This document shows positions 50,301-59,596 of a stretch of 64,000 nt of DNA, in pieces. This DNA comes from Candidatus Limiplasma sp. (GTDB taxonomy: Bacteria; Bacillota; Clostridia; Christensenellales; Aristaeellaceae), in contig OY782679.1 in the NCBI GenBank assembly GCA_963678055.1, positions 1,064,717-1,128,716 on the forward strand, given 5' to 3'. A program made the translations under genes and the position numbers. The notes beneath the pieces are model-generated. The model had not been told where the DNA came from, did not search any database, and saw nothing but the letters and a program-made list of their open reading frames with translations. Each line of letters starts with the position of its first letter. Position 1 is the first letter of the stretch.

Positions 50301-51134
50301 ATGAAGAAATTTGCAGGTATCCTCCTGGCCCTTATCATGGTAGCGTCCATCGTCACCGCATTCGCAGGCAGCGAAATCATCGTCATCAGCCGTGAAGAGG
50401 GCAGCGGCACCCGCGGCGCGTTCGTAGAGCTGACCGGCGTAGAAACCAAAGAAGCCGGAGACCAGACCTATATTGAAGCCATTATCGAAAGCGGCACCGC
50501 AGCCGTGATTACCACCGTGGAAAGCACCCCCACCGCGATTGGTTACATCTCCCTTGGTTCCCTGAACGACACCGTTAAGGCCGTGCAGGTTGAAGGCGTG
50601 GATGCCACCGTGGAAAACATCTTAAGCGGCGACTATGTGCTCGCCCGTCCGTTCAACATCGCCACCATGGGTGACGTCAGCCCGTTGGTCGCCGATTTTA
50701 TCGCCTTTATCTTCTCCGAAGAAGCACAGAAAATTGTCATGGAAGAGGGCTACATCTCCCAGGGTTACAGCGATTATACCTCCGCTGACGTCGAAGGCAA
50801 GATCACTGTGGGCGGCTCCACCTCCGTGTACCCGCTGATGCAGAAGTTCGAAGAAGCGTACGAAGCGCTCAAAGACGGCAAGGTTGATGTTGAAGTCCAG
50901 GGCGGCGGCTCGACCGTTGGTATGACCGGCGCCAAAGACGGCACGTTCGACGTGGGCATGGCCTCCCGTGGGCTGAAAGACAGCGAACTGGAAGTCCTCA
51001 CCCCGTACGTGGCCGCCATGGACGGTATCGCCGTGGTCGTCAACAACGAAAACGAAGTCTCCACCCTCACGATGGAGCAGATTAAAAACATCTTCACCGG
51101 CGAAACCACCGATTGGGCCGACGTGATGGAATAA
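50301..51134 (+). CDS. pstS: PstS-family phosphate-binding protein, apparently circularly permuted, with non-lipoprotein signal peptide
   Basis: Start at MKKFAGILLALIMVASIVTAFAG (AAAGGA SD). The canonical C-terminal-half motifs come first (VISREEGSGTRGAF, TAIGYISLGS, YVLARPFNI, FIFSEEAQKIV). After the linker SQGYSDYTSADVEGK, the canonical N-terminal-half motifs follow (ITVGGSTSVYP, QGGGSTVG, DVGMASRGL, DGIAVVVNN, IFTGETTDWADV). Confidence 0.8.
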   Translation: MKKFAGILLALIMVASIVTAFAGSEIIVISREEGSGTRGAFVELTGVETKEAGDQTYIEAIIESGTAAVITTVESTPTAIGYISLGSLNDTVKAVQVEGVDATVENILSGDYVLARPFNIATMGDVSPLVADFIAFIFSEEAQKIVMEEGYISQGYSDYTSADVEGKITVGGSTSVYPLMQKFEEAYEALKDGKVDVEVQGGGSTVGMTGAKDGTFDVGMASRGLKDSELEVLTPYVAAMDGIAVVVNNENEVSTLTMEQIKNIFTGETTDWADVME

Positions 51135-51156
51135 TCCCGTATTCCCGGATACACAC

Positions 51157-51190
51157 AACCCCGCCACAGCGATGTGGCGGGGGTTTTGTT
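51157..51190 (+). terminator. Rho-independent terminator of pstS
   Basis: AACCCCGCCACA-gcga-TGTGGCGGGGTT followed by TTGTTTG. Confidence 0.85.
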
Positions 51191-51286
51191 TGTGTTGAAT
51201 ATCCGATATTCCTGTCTACCCTTCCCCGGCAATCCCAGCTATGCTATAATGTCCTCACAGCAACACAATACCGGGAGGCGCTTTCA

Positions 51287-52582
51287 TTGTCTTCATTTAC
51301 GCTTAGAGACGGGCTGGAACTGGGTACGGCAAGCGCAGCCACGCAGGTGGAAGGCGGAGACCTAAACCACAGCTGGATGGACTGGGCTACCAGAGGGCAC
51401 ATCAAGGATGGGTCCTCGCCCGCGCGTGCCAATGACCACTGGAACCGCTGGCGGGAAGATGACCAGCTCATGGTCGAAATGGGCATGCAAATCGCCCGCA
51501 TCGGTGTGGAGTGGGCACGGATTGAGCCCATGGAGGGCGTGTTTGATCAGCGGGCCATCGACCGCTATGTGCAGGAAGTCCGCTGGTTGAACAAGCATGG
51601 CATCAAACCGCTGGTTACGCTGCACCACTTTACCAATCCCATATGGTTTGAGGACATGGGCGCGTTTGAAAAACGTAACAATGTGCAGTATTTCCTGCGC
51701 TTTGTGACCAAGATAGTCAATGCGCTGGGCACAGAGGTGAATGAATATATCACCATCAATGAACCCAATGTCTATGCAGTGCAGGGATACTTCACTGGCG
51801 AATGGCCGCCGGGCAAGAAAAGCTTTTTCAAGGCTGTACAGGTCATGTCGGTGCTTACGGTGGCGCATGTGCAGGCGTATCAGCTCATCCATGCGCTGCA
51901 AAAGGGCATGGGCATGCTGAATACGCGCGTAAGTTTTGCCATGAATATGCATGTGTTTGAGCCGGATAACCCGCACAAGTTTAAACACAGGCTGGTGAGC
52001 TATTTAATTGACCGCTTTTACCAAACGGCGATATCACAGGCGATGGTTCTGGGAAAATTCCGCTGGCCCATGCGCAATTTGGGCAAGATTAAAAAGGGTC
52101 TCTACTGGGATTTTATCGCGTTAAACTACTATAACCGCACCACGGTGAGCGGCTTTCGCGTGGGGACCCGCAAGGGCGCGCCGGTGAACGACCTGAACTG
52201 GGAAGTGTATCCCCAGGGCATTGTGGATTGCCTGCGCAAACTGTACGCGCTGCACAAGTTGCCCATCTATATTACCGAAAACGGTACCTGCGACAACAGC
52301 GATTCGTTCCGCGCGCGGTACCTGCACGAGCATCTTTTAGCGCTGACAAAATCCGGCTTGCCGGTGAAGCGTTATTATCATTGGTGCTTTACGGATAATT
52401 TTGAATGGGTGGAGGGCGAAAGTGCGCGTTTCGGGCTGGTGCATGTAGACTATCAAACCCAGCAGCGCACGGTGAAGCGTTCCGGGGCGTTCTTTTCAAA
52501 AATCATACAAAACGGCGGCGTGACCGAGGAGATGTACGATGAATTTGTAGCATCGCAGCAGTATCCCGTCAACGCCAAATAG
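51287..52582 (+). CDS. Glycoside hydrolase family 1 (beta-glucosidase/beta-galactosidase-like)
   Basis: Start assigned to the TTG at 51287 (GGGAGG 8 nt upstream; TATAAT at 51244-51249). Acid/base motif ITINEPN and nucleophile motif YITENG. The tracked ORF start at 51113 overlaps the pstS end and its terminator. Confidence 0.8.
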   Translation: MSSFTLRDGLELGTASAATQVEGGDLNHSWMDWATRGHIKDGSSPARANDHWNRWREDDQLMVEMGMQIARIGVEWARIEPMEGVFDQRAIDRYVQEVRWLNKHGIKPLVTLHHFTNPIWFEDMGAFEKRNNVQYFLRFVTKIVNALGTEVNEYITINEPNVYAVQGYFTGEWPPGKKSFFKAVQVMSVLTVAHVQAYQLIHALQKGMGMLNTRVSFAMNMHVFEPDNPHKFKHRLVSYLIDRFYQTAISQAMVLGKFRWPMRNLGKIKKGLYWDFIALNYYNRTTVSGFRVGTRKGAPVNDLNWEVYPQGIVDCLRKLYALHKLPIYITENGTCDNSDSFRARYLHEHLLALTKSGLPVKRYYHWCFTDNFEWVEGESARFGLVHVDYQTQQRTVKRSGAFFSKIIQNGGVTEEMYDEFVASQQYPVNAK

Positions 52583-52593
52583 GGGAGACACGC

Positions 52594-54216
52594 ATGGCGC
52601 AATGGTGGCAGGACAGGGTCGTTTACCAGATTTACCCAAGAAGTTTTCAGGATTCCAATGGCGATGGTATTGGCGATATTCCGGGCATTATCTCCCGACT
52701 GGATGAACTGGAGAAACTCGGCGTTGGTGTGCTTTGGCTGTCACCGGTCTACTGCTCGCCGGATGCCGACAACGGCTATGACATCAGCGATTATAAGGAT
52801 ATCAATCCCAAGTTCGGCACTATCCAGGACATGGACCGCTTGTTTGCTGAGGCAAAACAGCATGATATCAAAATTATCATGGATTTGGTGATTAACCATA
52901 CCTCCGACGAGCATGTATGGTTTCAGAAAAGCCGCGATCGCATGGAGCCGTACACCGATTATTACATCTGGAAACCGGCCAAAGCGGATGGAAGCCCGCC
53001 AAACAACTGGACGAGCTTTTTCATGGGCACGGTTTGGACTTGGGATGACAAGCGCGGAGAGTATTACCTGCACCTGTTTGATGAAAAACAGCCCGATCTG
53101 AACTGGCGAAACCCTCGTGTGATGGCGGAGGTCAAGGATATTCTGCGGTTCTGGCTATCGCGCGGAGCAGCAGGGTTCCGCTGCGATGTAATCAACGTGC
53201 TGTATAAGGCCTCGTATGCCGATGGTAAGCCGCGCGCAGCCGTGCGCGGGCTGGAGCACTATAAATCGCGCGATGAAAACCATGCCATATTGCAGGAGTT
53301 TCGCCGGGATGTGCTGGATCATTATGATTGCTTCACCGTGGGCGAGAGCGTTTTTGTGGATGTGGAGGAAGCGCACCGGATGTGCGATCCACAGCGCCGT
53401 GAACTGGATATGATCTTCTATTTCAACCATCTGGAGGTCGACCGCTGGGTGGCGCGCTATATACCTAAGCCTTTCAGCGCAAAGCGGCTGCTTACCGTGC
53501 TTACGCAGTGGCAGCAGGAACTGTCCTGGAATGCTGTGTACTTGGAAAACCACGATCAGCCCCGCATCGTCTCCCATTATGGTGACGATAGGAACTATTG
53601 GGCGCAGAGCGCGAAGATGCTCGGCACGATGGAATTTACACTGCGCGGCACGCCGTTTATCTTCGAAGGCCAGGAAATCGGCATGACGAATGCAGGTTTT
53701 TCGTCGATTGAAGAGTATAATGATGTGGAAAGCCATAATATTGATGCATTGATGCGTTCGTTCCACATTCCCAAATTCTTGCGCCGCCGCTGGATCAGCA
53801 TCGCGTCGCGCGACAACGCCCGTACGCCCATGCAGTGGTCGGCGGAGGAAAACGCAGGGTTTACCACGGGCAAGCCGTGGCTGCCGGTGACGAGCAACTA
53901 TATGCGCATCAACTACGCGGCGCAGGATACGGACCCCAGCTCGGTGCTCAACTTTTACCGCAGGCTCATCCGCCTGCGCGCCGAAAGCCAGACGCTGAAA
54001 TACGGGGAGTTCCAGCCGTTGTTTGCCCGCAGACGTGTGATGGCCTACCAGCGGGAATTAAACGGAGAGCGCATCACGGTGGTTCTGAGCTTTGCCAGAC
54101 GCAGAACACGCGTGAAGCTACACGGCAGTGTATTGATGGATACCTATGAAAAAACAGAGTTTGACGGCGTTCTGGAGCCTTATGAAGCCGTCGTCCTGAA
54201 GGAGTACAGCCAATGA
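52594..54216 (+). CDS. GH13 alpha-glucosidase / oligo-1,6-glucosidase-type enzyme
   Basis: 540 aa. QWWQDRVVYQIYPRSFQDSNGDGIGDIPGI, DLVINHTSDEH, GFRCDVINV, VGES and ENHDQPR are the conserved GH13 regions I-IV. Confidence 0.9.
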   Translation: MAQWWQDRVVYQIYPRSFQDSNGDGIGDIPGIISRLDELEKLGVGVLWLSPVYCSPDADNGYDISDYKDINPKFGTIQDMDRLFAEAKQHDIKIIMDLVINHTSDEHVWFQKSRDRMEPYTDYYIWKPAKADGSPPNNWTSFFMGTVWTWDDKRGEYYLHLFDEKQPDLNWRNPRVMAEVKDILRFWLSRGAAGFRCDVINVLYKASYADGKPRAAVRGLEHYKSRDENHAILQEFRRDVLDHYDCFTVGESVFVDVEEAHRMCDPQRRELDMIFYFNHLEVDRWVARYIPKPFSAKRLLTVLTQWQQELSWNAVYLENHDQPRIVSHYGDDRNYWAQSAKMLGTMEFTLRGTPFIFEGQEIGMTNAGFSSIEEYNDVESHNIDALMRSFHIPKFLRRRWISIASRDNARTPMQWSAEENAGFTTGKPWLPVTSNYMRINYAAQDTDPSSVLNFYRRLIRLRAESQTLKYGEFQPLFARRRVMAYQRELNGERITVVLSFARRRTRVKLHGSVLMDTYEKTEFDGVLEPYEAVVLKEYSQ

Positions 54217-56555
54217 TCTATGTGCAAAACGGTGAATTTCAGCTAAGCACCAAAACCACCAGCTACTGGTTCCGGGTGACGAAGTACAAACATCTGGAGC
54301 ATGTGTACTACGGCAGCCGTCTGCCCGACAATCAGACGATTGACCCGCTTTTGGTCAAGCGGATTATGCCCATGGGCGGTACGGTGGCCTATACCGAGGA
54401 CGACAGCAGCTATTGTCTGGATTCGCTCTGCCTGGAGTGGTCGGGCATCGGCAAGGGGGATTACCGCGATACGCCGGCCGAGATCAAAATGCCGGATGAA
54501 AGCTTTACCGCCGATTTCCGGTACCAGAGCCATACCGTGCAGGACGGTTGCGTGCCGATGAAAACGCTCCCCAACGCCGAAGGTGACGATGCACAGACCC
54601 TGATTGTCACCATGCTGGACGAGAGCAATCACGTGTATTTGGATTTGTACTACACCGTGTTTTACGAAACGGATGTCATCGCCCGTCGCGCGGTGCTGCG
54701 CAACGAAAACAAGCAAGCGCTGACTATCCGCCGCATGATGAGCCTGATGCTGGATATACCAAACAACAACTTCCATATGGTGACCTTCGATGGCAACTGG
54801 ATATCTGAGGGCCGCAAGCACACGCGCCCCGTCACCTTCGGGCTGACGGTCAATTCATCCACCACCGGAGATAGTTCCAACCGGCACAATCCCGGCTTCC
54901 TGCTGGCCTCGGCCGATGCGCGGGAGAACGTGGGCGAGGTGTACGGCTTTAACATACTCTATTCCGGCAACCACTACGGCGCGGCGGAGCTGAGCACGAA
55001 TGAGCTGGTGCGCGTCAATCTGGGCATCAATCCGCACTGTTTTGAGTGGAAACTGCAAAAAGGGGAGCAGTTTGAAACCCCGGAAGCCGTGATGAGCTAT
55101 GCCGGAGACGGATTTAACGGCCTGTCGCAGCGCTTTCACAGCTTTGTCAACAAGCATATCGTACGCGGAGACTGGAAGGGCAAGGAGCGTCCCGTGTTGG
55201 TCAACAGCTGGGAATCCTTTTACTTTGGCTTCAACCGGCAAAAGCTGTTAGGGCTGGCCCGGTCTGCCAAACGACTGGGTGCGGAGCTGTTTGTACTGGA
55301 CGACGGCTGGTTTGGCAGCCGGGATGACGATACAAGCAGTCTTGGCGACTATACTGTAAACGCAAAGAAGCTGCCCAGGGGACTTTTGGATTTGGCAAAC
55401 AGTATCCACAAAACGGGACTAAAATTCGGACTGTGGTTTGAGCCGGAAATGGTCAACCCCGACAGCGACCTGTACCGTGCACACCCCGAATACGCGGTGC
55501 AGGTGAAGGCCAAAACACCGGCAATGGGGCGCCATCAGATGGTGCTGGACCTGTGCAATCCCGCTGTGCGGGATTATATTGTGCAAAACGTGTCTCAGGT
55601 GCTGGACACCTGCAAGGTGGATTATGTGAAGTGGGATTACAACCGCCATATGACCGACTGCTATTCGCCCTGCGTCAGAGATCAGGGGGAGTTTTACCAC
55701 CGGTATATGCTGGGACTTTATGATGTATTGACGCGCATATTTCGCCCGCGCCCGCATATTTTGCTGGAAAGCTGTTCCTCCGGCGGCAACCGCTTTGATT
55801 TGGGCATGCTCTGCTTTTCGCCGCAGATTTGGACATCCGACGATACCGATCCCGTGGAACGCCTGCGCATTCAAGGCGGGCTGACAAACCTGTATCCGCC
55901 GTCATGCATGGGGGCGCATGTGGCCGCTGTGCCCAGCCACCAAACCGTGCGCGAAACGCCGCTTTCTACACGCTTTAATGTAGCAGCATTTGGCTGTCTT
56001 GGGTATGAAATGGATGTGAGAACACTATCGTTTACCGAGCGCAGAGAGGTAAAGCGCCAGATTGCCTTTTACAAGCAGCACCGTAAGGTGCTGCAGTTTG
56101 GCACGTTTTACCGCGGGGATGCCGACAGGGACAACCAAATCACCTGGCACTGTGTAAACGACAAGCAAACCGGCGGCGTGGCCGGGTTTTTCCAAACGCA
56201 GTTCGATCCCGCCGCACGCTTTGACCGCCTGAAAATCGGGGGCCTGCTGCCCCAGAAGCGCTACCGCGTGCAAACTGTTTCGCAGCGGTTTTTTATCAAG
56301 CGGTTTGGGAGTTTGGTGTCGCATGCACTGCCGGTACACCTGAAGGCGGACGGGTTTCTGTTTTCCAAACTCAATCGTTTTTATGCACTGCAAAGTAATG
56401 TGGAAACCTACACAGCGGCCGGGCAGCTGCTGGCACAGGGCATACAGCTCAACAACCAGTTTATTGGTACGGGGTACCATGCCAAATTACGCCTGCTGCT
56501 GGACTATGGGTCCAACCTGTATACCGTGCAGGCTGAACAGGAGACAAGTGCATGA
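54213..56555 (+). CDS. GH36 alpha-galactosidase
   Basis: 780 aa. FVLDDGWFG, the nucleophile region VDYVKWDYNR, and the acid/base region CSSGGNRFD. Its ATG overlaps the GH13 stop (ATGA). Confidence 0.9.
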   Translation: MIYVQNGEFQLSTKTTSYWFRVTKYKHLEHVYYGSRLPDNQTIDPLLVKRIMPMGGTVAYTEDDSSYCLDSLCLEWSGIGKGDYRDTPAEIKMPDESFTADFRYQSHTVQDGCVPMKTLPNAEGDDAQTLIVTMLDESNHVYLDLYYTVFYETDVIARRAVLRNENKQALTIRRMMSLMLDIPNNNFHMVTFDGNWISEGRKHTRPVTFGLTVNSSTTGDSSNRHNPGFLLASADARENVGEVYGFNILYSGNHYGAAELSTNELVRVNLGINPHCFEWKLQKGEQFETPEAVMSYAGDGFNGLSQRFHSFVNKHIVRGDWKGKERPVLVNSWESFYFGFNRQKLLGLARSAKRLGAELFVLDDGWFGSRDDDTSSLGDYTVNAKKLPRGLLDLANSIHKTGLKFGLWFEPEMVNPDSDLYRAHPEYAVQVKAKTPAMGRHQMVLDLCNPAVRDYIVQNVSQVLDTCKVDYVKWDYNRHMTDCYSPCVRDQGEFYHRYMLGLYDVLTRIFRPRPHILLESCSSGGNRFDLGMLCFSPQIWTSDDTDPVERLRIQGGLTNLYPPSCMGAHVAAVPSHQTVRETPLSTRFNVAAFGCLGYEMDVRTLSFTERREVKRQIAFYKQHRKVLQFGTFYRGDADRDNQITWHCVNDKQTGGVAGFFQTQFDPAARFDRLKIGGLLPQKRYRVQTVSQRFFIKRFGSLVSHALPVHLKADGFLFSKLNRFYALQSNVETYTAAGQLLAQGIQLNNQFIGTGYHAKLRLLLDYGSNLYTVQAEQETSA

Positions 56556-57931
56556 CAAATCAATCGGGCAGGAGAAACAGTGTTTTTTTCGGGCTGGGGA
56601 CCATCGGGCGGGATATGTTCTACACCATGGTCAGTTTATATGTTCTCTTTTACATTACCGATGTACGTGGCGTAAGCGATGCGACCCTAGCGGTGATCAC
56701 GGTGCTATTGTTTGTGCTGCGTACGTTTGATGCATTTAACGATCCCATCATGGGGCTGATTGTGGACAACACCAAGTCCCGCTATGGTAAATTCAAACCG
56801 TGGATCCTGATCGGTGCATTGATTGGCGGTGTCAGCATGGTGCTGATGTTTACCGATCTGAACCTGTCGGGCACGGTGTACGTTATCATGTTCGGGCTGT
56901 TCTATGTGATATGGGATGCGTTCTACGGCCTGAATGATATTGCCTACTGGTCGATGATGCCGTCTCTGACGACCGACCAGAGACAGCGGGAGTCCATCGG
57001 CTCGTTTGCACGCATCTGTGCCAATATTGGCATGTTTGCGGTGGTGGTCGGCATCGTCCCGCTGACCAACGCCCTGTCCGATGCGGTGGGCAGCCCGAAA
57101 ACTGGCTGGCTATTGTTTGCGATCATCATCGCAGTCTTGATGATCGGGTTTCAGCTGTTTACGCTGCTTGGCGTCAGGGAACGCAAGGGCTACTTCCGGG
57201 AGGAGGAAAAAACCTCCCTGCGGGATATGCTGCGCGTGCTGGTTAAGAACGATCAGCTGATGTGGGTGGCGGTATCGATGTCGCTGTTCATGATCGGCTA
57301 CACGACCACAACCTCGTTTGGTTTGTATTTCTTCAAGTATGCGTTCGGCAATGAGGGCATGTACGCCATATTTGCACTGGTGCTGGGCGTATCGCAAATC
57401 ACGGCGCTGGCCGTGTTTACCAAAGTCCGCGCACGGTTTTCACGCCGCAAACTCTACACCGGGGCAACCATGCTGGTTGTCGCGGGCTACATACTGTTCT
57501 TTGTCGCCCCCATGAACATGGTGTGGCTTGGGGCGGCAGGTATCCTGATCTTTGTGGGACAGGCCTTCATTCAAATGCTGATGCTGATGTTTTTGACCGA
57601 TACCATTGAGTACGGCCAGTGGAAACTGGGCAAACGAAACGAAAGCATCACGTTTTCTGTGCAGCCGTTCATCAATAAAATCGGCGGCGCAATCGCCAAC
57701 GGGGTCGTGGGACTTACGCTGATCCTCTCGGGCATCAACAAAGCGAAAACGGCGGCGGATGTGAGCGCGGATGGTATTTTGCTAATGAAATTTTCCATGC
57801 TGGTGCTGCCGTTGACGGTGATTTTGCTGGGATATATCGTGTATATGAAGAAATTCAAAATCGACGAGGAAGTCCATGTGAAAATTCTGCAAATGCTGCG
57901 CGCCCGCGGCGATATCGAAAACAATTTGTAA
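56552..57931 (+). CDS. Glycoside-pentoside-hexuronide (GPH):cation symporter (MelB/LacS-like)
   Basis: 459 aa, about 12 TM segments. The N-terminal motif is GLGTIGRDMFYTMVSLYVLFYITD...DAFNDPIMGLIVDNT. Its ATG overlaps the GH36 stop. Confidence 0.88.
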   Translation: MTNQSGRRNSVFFGLGTIGRDMFYTMVSLYVLFYITDVRGVSDATLAVITVLLFVLRTFDAFNDPIMGLIVDNTKSRYGKFKPWILIGALIGGVSMVLMFTDLNLSGTVYVIMFGLFYVIWDAFYGLNDIAYWSMMPSLTTDQRQRESIGSFARICANIGMFAVVVGIVPLTNALSDAVGSPKTGWLLFAIIIAVLMIGFQLFTLLGVRERKGYFREEEKTSLRDMLRVLVKNDQLMWVAVSMSLFMIGYTTTTSFGLYFFKYAFGNEGMYAIFALVLGVSQITALAVFTKVRARFSRRKLYTGATMLVVAGYILFFVAPMNMVWLGAAGILIFVGQAFIQMLMLMFLTDTIEYGQWKLGKRNESITFSVQPFINKIGGAIANGVVGLTLILSGINKAKTAADVSADGILLMKFSMLVLPLTVILLGYIVYMKKFKIDEEVHVKILQMLRARGDIENNL

Positions 57932-57955
57932 GCGCGCATCGGTTTGCGCTGATAC

Positions 57956-57984
57956 AAAACAGCCGCGCTAAGCGCGGCTGTTTT
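57956..57984. terminator. Bidirectional terminator between the sugar operon and the convergent serS
   Basis: AAAACAGCCGCGC-taa-GCGCGGCTGTTTT. Confidence 0.88.
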
Positions 57985-58000
57985 GTTAGTATAGCAAGGG

Positions 58001-59287
58001 TTACCACTTGGGCTTGATGACCGTGTTCCCGCCCATATAGGGTTGCAGGGCTTTGGGAATGGAAACGCTGAAATCCTCGTTGAGGTTATTTTCCAAAAAC
58101 GCAATCAGCATGCGCGGCGGCGCTGCCACGGTATTGTTCAGGGTGTGGGCCAGCGTGTTACCGCCTTCGCCTCTGATGCGGATTTTCAGCCTGCGTGCCT
58201 GTGCATCGCCAAGGTTTGAGCACGAACCGACCTCGAAATACTTCTGCAGGCGCGGTGACCATGCTTCCACGTCAAGCGACTTTACTTTCAAGTCCGCCAA
58301 ATCGCCCGAGCAGCATTCCAGCGTCCGCACGGGGATATCCAGCGTCTGGAAGAACGCGACGGTATTCTGCCAAAGCTTTTCAAACCACGCCTGGCTGTCT
58401 TCCGGCTTGCAGACCACGATCATTTCCTGTTTTTCAAACTGGTGAATGCGATATACGCCGCGCTCCTCAATGCCGTGGGCGCCCTTCTCCTTGCGGAAGC
58501 AGGGCGAGTACGAGGTCATGGCGTAGGGGAGCTCATCTTCCTTTAAAATCTGATCGGTGAATTTGCCGATCATGGAATGCTCTGAGGTGCCGATCAGATA
58601 CAGGTCTTCATCCTCAATTTTGTACATCATGGCATTGAGCTCGGCAAAGCTCATTACGCCGTCCACCACGGAGGAACGAATCATATACGGCGGGATGCAA
58701 TAGGTAAAGCCTTTGTCGATCATAAAATCGCGTGCGTAGGACAGTACCGCCGAGTGCAGGCGTGCAATATCGCCCATCAGGTAATAAAATCCGTTACCAG
58801 CCACGCGGCGTGCCGCATCCAGATCCAAGCCTTGAAAACGCTCCATCAGCTCGGTATGGTAGGGGATATCAAATGCGGCAGGCTTGGCATCGCCAAACAC
58901 TTCGCGTTCCACGTTTTCGCTGTCATCCTTGCCGATGGGTACATCGTCTGCCATCATCTGCGGCAGAACGAGCATAATTTTGTTAAGCTTTTCCTCGGCT
59001 TCCGTCAGCTGTTGTTCCAGGGCTGTCAGCTGCGCGGCCTGGTCGGTCACCTGCTGCTTTACAGCCTCGGCATCGGCCAGTTTCTTTTGTGCCATCAGTT
59101 GCCCGATCTGTTTGGACAGTTTATTGCGGTTGGCCCGCAGTTCGCTGCTGCTGTTTTTCAGGCGGCGGACGTCTTCATCCAATGCGATGGCTTCATCCAC
59201 CATTGGCAGTTTATGGCCCTGAAATTTCTTTTGAATGTTTTTCTTTACGGCCTCAGGGTTTTCGCGTACGAAACGAATATCAAGCAT
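58001..59287 (-). CDS. serS: Serine--tRNA ligase
   Basis: Start at MLDIRFVRENPEAVKKNIQKK. A coiled-coil arm is followed by a class II core (FRKEKGAHG, RIHQFEKQEM, GSCSNLGDAQARRL). Confidence 0.95.
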   Translation of the reverse strand: MLDIRFVRENPEAVKKNIQKKFQGHKLPMVDEAIALDEDVRRLKNSSSELRANRNKLSKQIGQLMAQKKLADAEAVKQQVTDQAAQLTALEQQLTEAEEKLNKIMLVLPQMMADDVPIGKDDSENVEREVFGDAKPAAFDIPYHTELMERFQGLDLDAARRVAGNGFYYLMGDIARLHSAVLSYARDFMIDKGFTYCIPPYMIRSSVVDGVMSFAELNAMMYKIEDEDLYLIGTSEHSMIGKFTDQILKEDELPYAMTSYSPCFRKEKGAHGIEERGVYRIHQFEKQEMIVVCKPEDSQAWFEKLWQNTVAFFQTLDIPVRTLECCSGDLADLKVKSLDVEAWSPRLQKYFEVGSCSNLGDAQARRLKIRIRGEGGNTLAHTLNNTVAAPPRMLIAFLENNLNEDFSVSIPKALQPYMGGNTVIKPKW

Positions 59288-59321
59288 AGGGGTACCGCCT
59301 TTCCAGTTCAATGCATAGGGT

Positions 59322-59560
59322 AAAAGCAAACGTCCCCGCCAGCAGCTTTCGCTGCCAACAGGGACGGAGTACGTTCAATCTCCGCGGTGCCACCCGGCTT
59401 AAACACAGTTGTGTTTCTCTCGCGTACGCTATATCGGGCGTGCCCGGCCGGCTCGTCGCCTGCTTGCTCCTGCGGTGGAAATACTGGTTTCGTTTACGGG
59501 CTTTCAGCCAAGGCCCGCTCTCTGCCAAAACGAATCCCCAATGGTTTCCGCGATCATAGC
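59322..59560 (-). promoter_or_regulatory. T-box leader of serS, candidate UCC (Ser) specifier
   Basis: The reverse strand has the T-box sequence AAGCCGGGTGGCACCGCGG (plus about 59381-59399). The terminator CGTCCCTGTTGGCAGC-gaaa-GCTGCTGGCGGGGACG + TTTGCTTTT follows. Upstream lie GGCAGAGAGC (AG bulge) and GCTGAAAGC (distal loop). AGUAUUUCCA sits immediately 5' of a CCGC strand that can close Stem I with an upstream GCGG. Confidence 0.8.
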
Positions 59561-59566
59561 ACTATC

Positions 59567-59595
59567 AGTATACCCAACACAGGCAATGTTGGCAA
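59567..59595 (-). promoter_or_regulatory. Sigma-A type promoter of the serS leader
   Basis: Reverse strand reads TTGCCA - 17 nt - TATACT. Confidence 0.6.
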
Positions 59596-59596
59596 G

